Source of the DNA: Zancudomyces culisetae HAW-14-8
Lineage: Eukaryota > Fungi > Kickxellomycota
Direction: 5' to 3'
Length of the DNA stretch: 64,000 bases
Assembly: GCA_052426225.1 (NCBI GenBank)
Contig: JBNJNM010000015.1
Coordinates: forward strand, 1,736,001 to 1,800,000
This document shows positions 23,653 to 37,600 of the stretch, one piece after another. Both the position numbers and the translations under genes were made by a program. A model generated the notes under the pieces. It ran no database searches. It was not told the origin of the DNA and saw only the letters and a list, made by a program, of their open reading frames with translations. How positions within the stretch are numbered: position 1 is the first letter of the stretch; every line of letters begins with the position of its first letter.

Positions 23653-24046
23653 GTTGAATCGTTCTTTCTTTTCTCTATGCTAAAGTACCAAGCTATCCTT
23701 TTATATGTATATTTATACCACACTCTTTTCAAAAAAAAAAGGCGCGCTTTTTAATCTGATGGCAATATAGCATTCAATGTAAACAAAGTAGAGCAAAATA
23801 TTGTCGCAGTTGACCTAATTTCCATAATCAAATTCACCATTTATTAACTAACGATCTCACAATAAAGCCAGCTCATTTACATTAATTTTTAGCAGTACTT
23901 TTTTCCCTTTGGACATGTTCAAAAAATAAAATATCAAAAAATACCAACAAAATAGCGAATTCGGGCCTTTTGAATTAAATGCAACTTATCCTATTGTTTT
24001 TCATGGTATAGCATCAAGCACAAAAAAAAATAGCGCAAATACAAAA

Positions 24047-25248
24047 ATGGGGGAACACGATGTTGACGTATATGAAAAAGCAAGGGGAATTTGGAGCAAT
24101 GTCTTGCAGATTAATGAAGCAGATCCACAGCATACTTTTACTCCAAGTTTAGACCGGCCATTTGTTACATTGACATTTGCTCAGAGTATCGATTCTAAGA
24201 TTGCTGGTAAAGATAAAAAGCAAATTATATTGAGCGGGAAGGAGTCCATGATTTTTACTCATTAGTAAGTGAAAAGAAAATTGCAGTTTTCACTTCCTTT
24301 TACCAAGAAACCTGGGTATTTAACAGTTTGCAAAGAAAAGATGAGCCACATGTATGATAATGATAAATATAAAATGTAGCTTGCGTCTGGTTCATGACGG
24401 AATATTGGTAGGTATTGGTACAGTTCTTAACGACAATCCACGGCTAAATGGTAAATTTTGATGCGCGCGTCATTTTCATTCCTGCATTTCCAAGTTATTT
24501 TATTTATATTTTTATACGTTGGTTTTCGTCTACACATAGTACTACTTTTAACTCGTTCTTTGTTTATCTAGTTAGACTATCGGTGAACTCAGAAAATGTG
24601 AGATATCCACAGCCTATTATTCTTGATAACAATTTGAACTTTCCATTGGATTGCAAGTTGCTCCAGATGCCACTAGTCGATAAAAAGTGCCATTATCCGT
24701 GGGTTATTACCAAATCGAGCTCTTGTCTCAAGAAGAAGGCGGTATGTTATTTCGACTAGCTATTACACGAACTTTTTGTCCTTTATACATATATGTAGTT
24801 TTGAATATGGTGTTATTGCTTTAGCCATGTTCGAGAATTAATCGTCACTATAATTGCTAATTTCTGGCACAAATAGGAGCTCGAAGCAAAAGGTGCTATC
24901 GTTATATTAGTAGATAACGAATACTGTGATGTTAATTCTGGCCTCCCAAAACTCACGCACATACTACGTGTACTCAAAGATAAGGGGATTTCAAAGCTGA
25001 TGGTGGAGGGTGGTGCGACTATTATTCAGCAATTCATCAACGCACATTACATTGAAAAGTCAAATGTCGTTGATGCTGTTGCCATTACCATTGCGCCTGT
25101 GTTTGTTGGGTCTGGAGGCCTAGGGGTTTCTGATAACCTCACCTCTCGCAGTAGTGAGGCTGTGGACACGATAAAGCTGTTCCAAAATAACTACTACGAA
25201 AGGTTTGGAGATGACATTGTGGTAGCGGGCAGGACTTGTGCTCTCTGA
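24047..25248 (+). CDS. RIB7: 2,5-diamino-6-ribosylamino-4(3H)-pyrimidinone 5'-phosphate reductase (riboflavin synthesis); exons 24047-24264, 24380-24450, 24572-24741, 24877-25248
   Basis: RPFVTLTFAQSIDSKIA, LSGKESM, HDGILVGIGTVLNDNPRLN, PQPIILD, LMVEGGATII, IAPVFVG. Confidence 0.93.
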
Positions 25249-25671
25249 TAGCTCTATTCTTCCCCCTTATCCCCTTTTTTTCTGTTTAGGCTTGTTGTAG
25301 TGAATTGTGATTTGTAGTTTATCCCCCCCCCCCCTTTCTTTTATCACATGATGAGAAAACAAGATATAGTTTTTAAATATACTCGATTTTGACATTTGCT
25401 TAGCCTTTTACAAGTTTAATTCTAATTTGTTCTTGAATGCTTTTTCAAAGTTTAGTGATTGTACCCGGATTTCTTCCAATAAAAAGGTTCGAATTCAATT
25501 TTTAAGTTTAATTCTAACAATTAAACGTTTTTTCAATACAAAATAAAAATAGTTCCAAATAAAGATTTAGCAAGGTCAGCAGAATCGTTTTCGAAACTGG
25601 TGCACTAACAGATAATAAATTCTTTAGTTTTGTCTTTACTTTTTATATAACAGAAACGAATGAAATGAGAA

Positions 25672-26532
25672 ATGTCAAACAGCCGAGGTAAAAGGTAGGT
25701 GAATTTTCCAACACTTGGTTAGCCATATTTTTCAAATTGCTCGTTACCTTTATGGGGGGATTTTTCGCACATTCCAGCTTTCAGAGCAAGGCCTAGATTT
25801 AACCGTACTAGAAATGATGTTACAAGAAAAAAACAATAACAAATACAAATACAATAGACAAGCTCTGAACGAGTACTCAGGCGCTCGAAGGGCAGTTGCC
25901 ACAGATCCAGACTATTCAAATTCAGGTTGGCCAAGAGACGAATTCCAAACTGAAGAGGAGGAGGATAAATATAGACCAAAATTTGCAAATTCTTTATTTA
26001 GCAAAATAGACATGCTGAAGGAGGTAAAATATATACAGTTCTGATTTCAACGGGTCGATTCAATCTGCAAGCATAAATAGTTTTTTACTAAAAGAAGCTG
26101 TACGCTGGAAAAGTAGATATATACTGACTTTTGTGTGAAAATGTAATAATATAGGTTAGTATAAGTATTGGTGATGAAATACGGGACCAAAACAGCTTTT
26201 TACAATCAATGGTAATTCTTTTTTGTAAATTTTCTTTTTATTCCAAATTCTTGGGTTTAGATATATCACAAAGTACTTTTTACTTGTAGTTTTTTTTGCA
26301 AGAACATTTCCTGAAAACTATTCAAAAAATCTTATTCATCAGAAAATAATATCGTATTTAATCGATAAAACCACAGGGTCAAGAATTTGAACATGCTGAA
26401 ATGGAGCTGTCACAACGAATGAAGCAGTTTTATCAAATGGCTTCGAGACAGGGATGTGGACAATGTCTGATTTTGATGCTTTTCTTTGTTTCGGTTTTGG
26501 TTTTTATATATTTTTACACAAAGTTCCGCTAG
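25672..26532 (+). CDS. BET1: Qc-SNARE Bet1-like (exons about 25672-25694, 25858-26023, 26155-26211, 26377-26532)
   Basis: LFSKIDMLKE-VSISIGDEIRDQNSFLQSM-GQEFEHAE SNARE motif with central Q, plus C-terminal TM anchor (LILMLFFVSVLVFIYFY); first exon less certain. Confidence 0.85.
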
Positions 26533-27621
26533 AAATACTGTTCAACACAGTTTTGTGAATTAGATTATAGCTTCATTAACTTGATTTTTTGTTTTTATGT
26601 TTACTTTTGCTTTTGCTTTTGCTTTATGAACCTAACATTAGTGGGTATGTCACCATTTTGTAATGTCCGTCATTAATATACTACTATATCTTGTATTTAT
26701 TATGATTGGTATAAACTATTAACATTGGATGGTTCTAGGGTCGAGTAGGAAGTCGTACACGCTAAACCCTTTCAGGCGATTCGTCGGATTTTCAATATGA
26801 TAATTGCCTTCTTCATAAACAAGATATCCATAAATGGTGGGGTTAGGATGGATGCTCAATAGTACTCATTATACTGTAGATTGCTACTTATTGTAGCCTA
26901 AACTCTGTCATAAGATTTTTTTTATTGTGGCTCATAGGCTATACCCATAAAATCCTTTGTTTTGACGAGTGTCAACTATCAAAGAAATGGCACACATGCC
27001 CAAACATTTTTTTCTGAACAGCGTCTGAGAAAAAAAAAAGTGAAATATATCAAAAACATCGCCAAATACTTGTTATGTGCAATTAATAATGATATTTTTT
27101 CCAAGTTTGCATTTGCATATCTTTTGGGTTTTCTTTCATTGCTGAGACCTTTTTATTTATTTTGCAGTATTCAATTACTGCATAAAACCCCAACAGATTA
27201 CACTGCGCAATTTAGTCCTTATAAAGCCTGAATGTATACAATAGAATGTTCGGGTTTTTAGATCAATAATTGGCCAAAAAGTATAATTAAACTTGTAATG
27301 TAAATAAATCGGGCAAATAAAAATGAGTAAAAATGTTGGTTATAGTATAAACTTCAACCCAATTATCGCTAAAATAGCACAGTGATTTACAATATGAATA
27401 TTTACAAAGAAAATAACCTCAAAAGAAAACATAACAAAAAACAAAAAGCAAAAAAATATAAAGAAACTACAGTGGCTATTCAAGTCTAGTGTGTAGGATA
27501 GTATAAAAAAATACATACCGTTTATCAAATATATAAATCATTTTCCATTATAATAACCTAATACTGAAAAAAAGGAATTCTACCATATATTTCTAGCGAC
27601 CATACTAAGCGTCGGTTAAGT

Positions 27622-30600
27622 ATGACCCAAATGAAAATAGATTCTTTTGTAAAGGTATATATTTCACACATTAATCTATTTGTTTTTTGTTACTGAAAGA
27701 GTATTTTAGTTACTCTGGGCAACACGAAAATAAATAAAATTTAAAATAATAATAACGTAACTTATAGAGAACGGCAGGCACCAAAAGGCAGAATGAAGAT
27801 TCAGATTACGATGGTTCAGACCTTTCGCCAGTGGCTAGGCCCAATTCCAAAAGACAAGCACCCAAGAAGAGTGTAAAGGATGATGATTCAGGCGATGATT
27901 ACAATGGCGATGTTGTTGCTAAGCCACAAGCTAAAAAAAGCAATTCAAAAGCCAACGGTGGCAAGGCTGTGGAGGAGATCTACCAAAAGAAATCACAGCT
28001 TGAGCACATCTTGCTGAGACCAGATACATATATTGGCTCGGTTGAACCGGTTGAGGAGCAAATGTGGGTTTACAACAAAGAGACAGAGAGGATGGAGAGA
28101 AAAATGATAAAATATACACCTGGGTTGTATAAGATAGTGGATGAGATCTTGGTTAATGCTGCGGATAACAAGATTAGAGATCCAGATATGGATTTTATAA
28201 AAGTGACAATTAACCAAGAGGAGGGTGAAATCTCAGTGCAAAACGATGGAAAGGGGATACCAGTGGAAATCCACGGTACTGAAAAAGTATATGTACCAGA
28301 AATGATATTTGGGCACTTGCTGACATCTTCAAACTACAACGACGATGAAAAGAAGGTGACAGGAGGAAGAAATGGGTATGGAGCAAAATTGTGTAATATA
28401 TTCTCAACAGAGTTTATAATTGAAACAGCCGACTTGGCACAGGGCAAAAAATATAAGCAAGTGTTTAAGGATAACATGTCGGTAATCGGAAAACCCAGTA
28501 TTACAAAGATGACTACAAAGACAGAGTACACAAAAGTAACATTCAAGCCAGATTTCAGCAAGTTTAAAATGGAGAAAATGGATTCTGGGATAACCGAGCT
28601 GATCACCAGAAGAGTTTACGATTTGGCTGGGTGTGTTTCGGGGATAAAAGTATACCTGAATGGAGAGAGAATCAAGATCCGAAATTTTAAGGATTATGTT
28701 GATTTGTACGTACAGCCACCAAAGAGGGAAATAAAGGTAAAAGAGGAAGGGGGGACGGAGGGAGAGGAGAATGGAGGAGTTAGTGCTGAAACGGAGAGCT
28801 TGAAGGGGCCAATACAAACCAAAACAACAGTTGTGTACCAGCGATTTAGTGAGAGGTGGGAGGTTGGGTTTGCAGTGTCCGATGGGACATTCCAACAAGT
28901 ATCTTTTGTTAACTCGGTGAATACAGTGAAAGGGGGAACTCATGTGAACTACATTACAGATCAAATAGTGAACAAAGTGATAGCAAACGTCAAAAAGAAG
29001 AACAAAAACAGCCAGGTCAAGCCGTACCAAGTCAAGGGTCATATGTGGGTGTTTGTGAATACATTGGTAGAGAACCCAACATTTGATTCACAAACAAAGG
29101 AGACAATGACACTTCGAGCGTCAGCATTTGGGTCCAAATGTGAGATTGATGATGATTTTATGAAGAAGATCTTTAGAACAGAACTGACATCGAATGTGCT
29201 TAGTTTTGTGAAGTTTAAGGAGCAACAAAGCATGAAAAAGACAGATGGATCAAAGTCGTCAAGGATAACAGGAATAGTGAAATTGGAAGATGCAAACAAG
29301 GCAGGAACCAGAGGGTCAAAGGACTGTACGTTGATATTAACAGAAGGAGATTCCGCCAAGACATTGGCAATATCTGGAATGAGTGTGGTTGGGAGAGATT
29401 ACTACGGAGTGTTTCCATTGCGAGGAAAATTGTTGAATGTGCGAGATGCAACCAACAAGCAGGTCACGGACAATGCAGAAATCAACTATATTAAACAGAT
29501 CCTGGGACTTAAACACGGGCAAGAGTATGTTTCGGCGGATAGTTTGAGATACGGGCACTTGATGGTGATGGCAGACCAGGACGTAGATGGATCTCATATC
29601 AAGGGGCTTATAATCAACTTTTTTGACTCTTTTTTCCCATCGCTTTTGAAAGTCCCAGGATTTCTGCTTGATTTTATGACACCAGTTGTAAAAGCCACAA
29701 AAAGAAACCAAGTCAAGTCGTTTTATTCGGAACCAGAATTTAATGAATGGCGAAGAACTATTGGTGATAAACTTGGCGAATGGACAATCAAATACTACAA
29801 AGGATTGGGTACGTCGAGTGCTAAGGAGGCGAAAGAATACTTTGGTAACCTGGAATACCATCGAAAGAATTTTTTGCCAGCATCAGATTCAGACCGAAAG
29901 TTAATTGACTTGGCATTTAGCAAAAGCAGAGCTGATGACCGCAAGGAATGGATTGCGGGATATGAACCTGGGACGTACTTGGATACTTCTATGAAGCAAG
30001 TTCCAGTGACAGAATTCATTAATAAGGAGCTGGTGTTGTATAGTATTGCAGATACTGCCCGTTCCATCCCATCTGTTGTTGATGGGCTTAAGCCAGGTCA
30101 AAGAAAAATCATATATGGCTGTTTCAAGCGGAACCTCAAGAGTGAAATCAAAGTGGCTGCGCTTGCAGGATATGTGTCTGAACAAACTGCGTACCACCAT
30201 GGAGAACAGTCGTTGACACAGTCTATTGTGGTTTTGGCGCAGGATTTTGTAGGTAGCAACAACCTGAATCTTTTAGAACCACGTGGTCAGTTTGGTACCA
30301 GACTTCAAGGCGGAAAAGATTCCGCTTCGGCCCGTTACATTTTTACCACTCTGAGCCAAATTACTCGGACACTCTTTAACTCATCCGACAATGTTTTGCT
30401 TGACCATGTTGAGGATGACGGAAAGTTGGTTGAACCTGTTTGGTACATCCCAGTTGTACCCGTGATTTTGATCAACGGTGCTGAGGGAATAGGCACAGGC
30501 TGGAGTACCAACATTCCCAACTTCAACCCAGTTGACATTGTGAACAATTTGCGACTACTGATGGACGGAAAAGATCCTGTGCCCATGACTCCTTGGTACA

Positions 30601-32270
30601 GAGGCTTTAATGGTGTAATAGAAAACGTTTCGCCTAACAAGTACAAATGTACCGGAATTGTCGAGCAGATCGATGACAACACTCTTCACATCACTGAACT
30701 TCCTGTTCGTGTCTGGACGCAGAGCTACAAGGAGCAGCTGGAATCTTGGCGTACTGGAACCGATAAAACAGAAGCAATTATAAAGGATTATAAAGAGTAT
30801 CATACTGACACCAAAGTCGACTTTGTTCTGACACTGACTGATGCACAGATGCAAGCAGCACTAAAAGAAGGCCTTGAATCAAGGTTCAAGCTTTCCGCTT
30901 CTATTTCAACATCCAATATGGTTTGTTTTGATAGAGAAGGCCGAATCAAAAAGTATCCTTCACCCGAAGCCATTCTAACAGAGTTTTATCCCCTAAGGCT
31001 TCGTTATTATCAACTAAGGAAGGATGCTTTGGTTCAACAGATGCAAGAAGAATATGAAAGACTTGACAACAAGGCTCGGTTTGTGTTGGAAATTATCCAA
31101 AAGAAACTGGTTGTTCAAAACAAAAAAAAAGACGTGATTGTCCAGGAGCTGTTTGATAAGGGATTCAAGCAATTCCCTCCAAAGGGCAAGTCTCCCTCAT
31201 CCAAATCTTCTTCCGCACAAAATGCCGATTCCAAATCAGATTCAAATGGGTCTGATGGCACAAACAGCGATACCGATCAGGATAACAATGGTAGTTCCAA
31301 CCCTGGTGCTCCAAAAGCAAAAGACTATGACTATTTGCTTTCCATGCCTATTTGGAACCTGACTGCCGAAAAAGTTGAAAAGCTAATCAAAGAAAGAGAT
31401 GATTGTCTTATGAAACTCGACACGCTATTGGCTAAAACACCCAAGGATTTATGGAACAGCGATCTCGACGATTTTCTTAGTGGCTGGGAGGCTGTTTTAC
31501 AAAACCACGAAAACAATGAAAGAGACGAACTCCTTGCGAAGAAGAAGCATGCGAGAGGAGGAAAACGTGGTACTACCGCCCCTGCCCCTAGAAAGAAGGC
31601 CATTGCTGCTTCTACCACTGCCAAAACTACAAAAATCAACAAATCCGCTGCTGCCACAACCATCAAAACTGAATCCAAACCATCAGTTTCTACCATCAAG
31701 TCAGAACCAAATGCTGATACATATAACATTGTAAGTTCCGATGATGATGATACTAGCAAGGATTCCAACTCAAAAAAATCTGGAAGCACCTTGACCATGT
31801 CATTAACTGAGCGGCTAGATCTCATCAGAAAACGCAAAATGGCCGCCTCTTCTGCATCAAAGACAACGCCTCTAACCGCGTCTTCCACTGGATCTGACCC
31901 GATTGTGCAAGTATCCAAGCCAAAAGCCGCTACATCTAAATCTGCAGCTACAACTGCCAAAAAACCACCAGCAAAGTCCAAAAGAAGAAAAATAGATTCT
32001 ACTGACGATGAAATTTCCGCTGATGAGCTTGGTAATTACTCTCATGAACCTTCACCTGATGATGATGGTCCAGCTGTCAGAAAAACTCGTCAAAGACGAA
32101 CAGCTGCCACAAGAAAAAAAGTTAATTATGCTGTTGATGATACTAGCGAATCTGAAACGCAATTGAAGCATAAAGGCGCTGGTAAAGCAACAAAGAGCAA
32201 TGAGGATGATGATGATGAGGATGAGGATGGTATCATGAGTGATGATGGTAGTGATTACAGCGACTTTTAG
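27622..32270 (+). CDS. TOP2: DNA topoisomerase II (exons 27622-27654, 27768-32270)
   Basis: EHILLRPDTYIGS, DEILVNAADN, GGRNGYGAKL, LTEGDSA, PLRGK, ADQDVDG, YYKGLGTS, DGLKPGQRK, ASARYIF (catalytic Tyr); phase-0 intron 27655-27767. Confidence 0.98.
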
Positions 32271-34465
32271 CTTTTATTTTTTCATTTCATTTGCAAGAAC
32301 AATAGTCCTTTATTCTTATCTTTAGTTATTTTTTTTCCGTGAATGGATCCACTGATGATTTCCTAAATAAACAGCCGATCAATTCTTTGATGTCAGTGCT
32401 GGTGGAATACAACAAAATGGATATAGTGTAACCATTGCAACTCGAAACTACAAAGTGGATCACCAATTATGGCATGGAAAAAAAATGAAGCAATCAAATG
32501 ATTTCTCCTCTATTTCTATTTCTTTTACATTTGTTTTCCTTCTGATCCATGGTATTGTGGTTAGAACTACTCCCAGTTTAGGAGTATCTCGAGGTGTTTG
32601 TAGAGGACATTCTCGCTTTGGGTTAAATGTGTTCCTGAAGATTTACCATCTTCAATTAATGAGTTTATACTTTGAGGATTGTTTGTGAATACGAGAAGAA
32701 AATGTGAAGTATGTGTTTTCAATATTTTGTGTTACGATTGTTCTGATACTCATTTTTTCAAACTTGCTCTCTTTTTTTTTCTTTTTTTTTTGTGTTGCGA
32801 TAAAGCAAAGCCATATAAAGGGGGGAGGAATCTAAAACATAAAGTAAAACAAGTGTCAGAAATTAGAAACAATGTTTAACAAATGCGCAAATGATATATC
32901 TAAATCGAACAATAACCAACATTCCCTATATATATTTTTTCTTCTTCTCCCCGCATACTTTTAAATATCGTTGTATTGTTTATTTATTTTTGATATTGTT
33001 TATTTCATAAACTTGGTACAAAAACGAAAAAAATAAAATAAGGTGAATCTAATGAGCTATTTTCAAGCCCATGTTATTACTATTTACTTTAAAATTCCGA
33101 TTAGATTTTCGTGTATTTTTAGTCCTATTTTCAGGTTATTAAAATCTAGCTAGACAATTGTTAAAATTGGATCTGTTTTTGATTCATGTTCTGTAACAGT
33201 CTACATGTTTTAGATATCATTTCCCATTTACTTTTTTTTCTCACCTCTTGCTCTTCTAAATACGTATCTCGTCTTTTATTTCACGCAAGAGTATAAACGA
33301 GGTGATTTAGGGCGGGACTTCACACACACGTTATTGGTTCGGTATATCTATCTATAAACATAATATCTATTTATCTATGCATATTACACAAATAGACCGA
33401 TAAAGAAATGCTTCTTTGTTTTTGGGATTTTACATATCTGTCCCTTATTTCTTTATTGTTTATTTTTCACATCATTTCTCATCATCACCCTCCCCCCCCC
33501 CCACCTCCTCATTAATTTAACATAATAACCAATCCCACGCCTGGTTTTGATTTATTTGATATTTCCTTTTTCCGAGTTTCTTTTTTCCCTTTTTGACTTG
33601 TTATTAGCATCAAATATTGAATGCAACAAAAAATACAATAAAAAACTGAATTTCAAATGAGAGGTGTCTAAATATAAAGTTGGTGTCATGTAAATATTAT
33701 CTGTTTTATCTACAAATCGTCCAACCACTAAGAATCAAACGATCTTGGTAGTGTATTTTGCTTTTTCTCTTCCCCTCCTCCCCCATTTCCCCCATTTCCC
33801 CCCTTCTTTCCTCGCCCGTTCCCCTTCTCTTCTACTATTGACTCCAATGTAGTGGATTTCAATACTCAACAAATGATTTTGAAGTAAAAGTATCTTTTTT
33901 TGGCTTGATACCAACTACAATTTATAAAAAGTAAAATACTAACAATCGGCGTTGGGTATAGTTAAAAATGAACATGAATATCGCTATTTATTAAATTTCT
34001 TGGTTCATTTATATACACCTTTATCCACACTTTCAGTTAAATTGGTTAATGGTACTAAAAAAAAATACAAAGTTGATATCTCATTATAGTAACCATATAC
34101 TACAACTTTGGTCCATTATCTATTAATTAAATCGGCAATCAAAAATATCCACATTCGGATGCTCTGTAAATAAACACAGAGATAATAATAGCATCGAAGG
34201 CAATAATCAACCATCTTTGTGATTGTTAGGTTTACGAGTTGGAATATTTTTTTCAAAATCACGCTGCTCCGAACTTTAGACACAAATTTAAAGCACAATA
34301 CCAAATAAACTGTGTGCTATAAAGCGTACTATCACATCGTTTAGTTTCAATCGAGCATATGGTTTTATTACAATTCAACTTGTATATATAACAACTGAAA
34401 AGACAAGATACAGACAAATCAAGCGTCATTCATTCACTAAGGAAAAACAACTTTTTTTTTAGGCT

Positions 34466-34533
34466 CATATATATATCACACATATACGTACACATATACA
34501 TACACATATACATATACATATACATATACATAC
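34466..34533. repeat. Imperfect (CATATA)n/(CA/TA) microsatellite upstream of the mucin-like gene
   Basis: catatacgtacacatatacatacacatatacatatacatatacatatacatac. Confidence 0.8.
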
Positions 34534-34686
34534 AACAAATACGCACATTCAAATAACAAATATTCAAATATTCATATTCACACAACAAACACTCTTATTC
34601 TACAAATACAACAAATACACAATTAAATTAAACAAAATAACTGTATTATCGAATGGTCAAAAATTACTAATTAGAAATTAACAGAA

Positions 34687-37600
34687 ATGATTTTTAAAGT
34701 ATCAAAAGTTATATGCACCATAGCGGTGCTTTATAACGGGCATGTTGCCATGGCAAATGAACAAGCTGCATTATATAACACACTACCAGAAGAATACAGT
34801 TCAAATATATATTCTGCAAAAAATAGTAACAATAACAATGAAAATAGCAATAAAGCAATTGATCATGGTTATGAAAAGGTTTACGATCTTGGGATGGCAC
34901 CAATGCCAAATTACAACTCATATAGTAGCGAAACTCCAACAGTGGTATCGGAATCATACCCAAAATACAATCCACTAACATACGTAAATGACGTAAACAA
35001 TGCAAATGACATGAATGAAGATAGTGATAAGCATAGCTATCCTTCTGAAACAATGGGAAAACATCCAATAAAACAAGAGAGTGGAAATTTGGAGGTTCAG
35101 GGTAATTATCAAAATAAAAGAAACCTAGACGAAGAGTATTTCCGGTTAACAAAAGATCTTGAAACCACCAGTTCTACTTCAATAGATAGCGGTAGTTCAA
35201 GTGCTGGTACCGCCAGTCGATCCTTGGTCGTTAGCTCAACTAATACAAGTACTGAACGCAGTACCAGTTCGGCTATTAGTGTCACCACTACAGAAGCATC
35301 AACAGAAGCATCAACAGAAGAAACAACAGAAACATCAACAACAGAAACATCAACAACAGAAACATCAACAACAGAAACATCAACAACAGAAACATCAACA
35401 ACAGAAACATCAGCTACAGAAACATCAGCTACAGAAACATCAGCTACAGAAACATCAGCTACAGAAACATCAGCTACAGAAACATCAGCTACAGAAACAT
35501 CAACACCAACCACAACCTCGCGTTCATTTTCTAGCATCACAACAACTACAAGTACAACTAGAAGCACTACAACAACCACAAGGTCAAGCACTACAACAAC
35601 TACAAGGCCGAGTACACCATCACGTACAACACCATCACGTACAACACCATCACGTACAACACCATCACGCACAACAACATCACGTACAACACCATCACGC
35701 ACAACAACATCACGCACAACAACATCACGCACTATAAGACCAACTAGAACAACAATAACTAGTACAATAATTACTACCACACAAACAAGAACTACCATTA
35801 TCACAACAGTAGTTCCAACTACAAACACAAGAACAACATTTACTAGTACAATAGTTACAAGCACAAACACAAGAACTACCATCACCAGCACAATAGTTAC
35901 AACTACACAAGTTCCTACAACGCCAACAACGCCAACAACGCCAACAACGCCAACAACGCCAACAACGAGCAATATTCCAACATCTACAACAACACCTACA
36001 ACAAGACCTACAACCAGGCCTACAACCACAACTGTATCCAGATGCCCGACTACAACCATTACCAGAACCAGAACCATTACCAGAACCAGAACCAGAACTA
36101 GCACCACTTCCGTAAATTTGGTTCCCACATACATTCTGTCTCCAAACGATCCACTTAAATATTTGGTACAGTATAGCTCATCTGCCTTTAAATTTGCCAT
36201 TCCTGCAACATATACAAAGACGTTTACAGATGCCTTTGTCTTTTCAAATACAATTTTTGGTGCAAGCAACACACTCAGCTTTTATACCACCACCAACACC
36301 TACTCTAGAGTATTTACCAGAACAGTCACTTTTGATATACCACAGTCTGCTATCCCAACTGCCAGTGTTACTGTTCTTACAGGCGCAGTTGCAAACATCC
36401 CCACCGACTCTGCTGCCGCCTTAACTGTTAGTGGAGTTACAGCCATCACTCCAACAAGAACACTGAGAAAGCGCGATTTGCACATTGAGTTTAACCTAGT
36501 CTCACAGAATCTAAACTCAAAGGCCTTCAGAAACGTTTTGTTTACTAAAAGTATCCAAGTTTCCGTTCCTACTTTATTGGAAACAACTACAATTATGCGA
36601 CAGGTTACGCAAACCAACACTGTCCCACGTTCTATAACATTACTGAAATCTAAAACACGTTTCAAAACAAGCACCGTCTTGGAATCACACCATCTCCCTA
36701 CAAAGGCGTCTTCAAGAAAACTAGTAGTTACTCCAACCAAAAAGGCATCACGTAGTCTGATGATTCCAAAGACCAAAACCATAACCAAGCACGTTACACA
36801 CATGAATACACATTTTAACACGAAGACTGTTAACAACCTAAGTAGAAACGTACAGATAGGAAGCCTCAAAGCTACTTCTGGGACCAGTGCTACTTCAGAA
36901 GTTGTAGTTGTACAAGTCGACATTCCTGTTCAAAAACCAGTGTCTAAAGTTACAGTTGTTGTTGACAACACAAAAAAAGTCATGGTTACAAAGACATCTA
37001 CAGTTGAACTCACATCAGATGTGGTAGTGGCTGTGAAAAAAACTAGATCCTTGCTCATCAAACCTCAGGTTCTTACTAGTTCGTCTCCCACAAACACAGC
37101 ACAAAGAGAAGCAAATATTGAGGACTTGGCTAATGGTGAAGAAAGTTCTGAGGAAGTTACAGAGGAGATTGTAGAAGACGAGAACATTTTCGGAAGCGAG
37201 GGTGAAATTATTGGAGAGGGTGGAGAAGACGTCACAGATGAGGTTGTAGAAGACGAGAGTATCTCTGAAAGCGAAGTTGAGGTTGAGAATGGCGCTGAAA
37301 CAGAAGAACCAACTGAAACAGAAGAGCCAGTTGAAACAGAAGAGCCAATTGAAACAGAAGAGCCAATTGAAACAGAAGAGCCAATTGAAACAGAAGAACC
37401 AACTGAAACAGAAGAGCCAGTTGAAACAGAAGAGCCAATTGAAACAGAAGAGCCAATTGAAACAGAAGAGCCAATTGAAACAGAAGAACCAACTGAAACA
37501 GAAGAACCGATTGAAACAGAAAATATAGAATCTTTTATGAGCACGGCTAGCCAGAGTATGGAAACAAACGGCAGTTCTGGTGATGTTCAATTGGTTGGTG

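Noticed and set aside
27931-31981. Many overlapping antisense ORFs within TOP2 (similarly in SEC31, POT1, SHE4, ENP2)
   Set aside because: Expected shadow ORFs of long genuine CDSs
32300-34680. 2.4-kb upstream region with poly-C and TTTCCCCCA repeats
   Set aside because: Only two or three copies, not telomeric; consistent with a long promoter for the mucin gene
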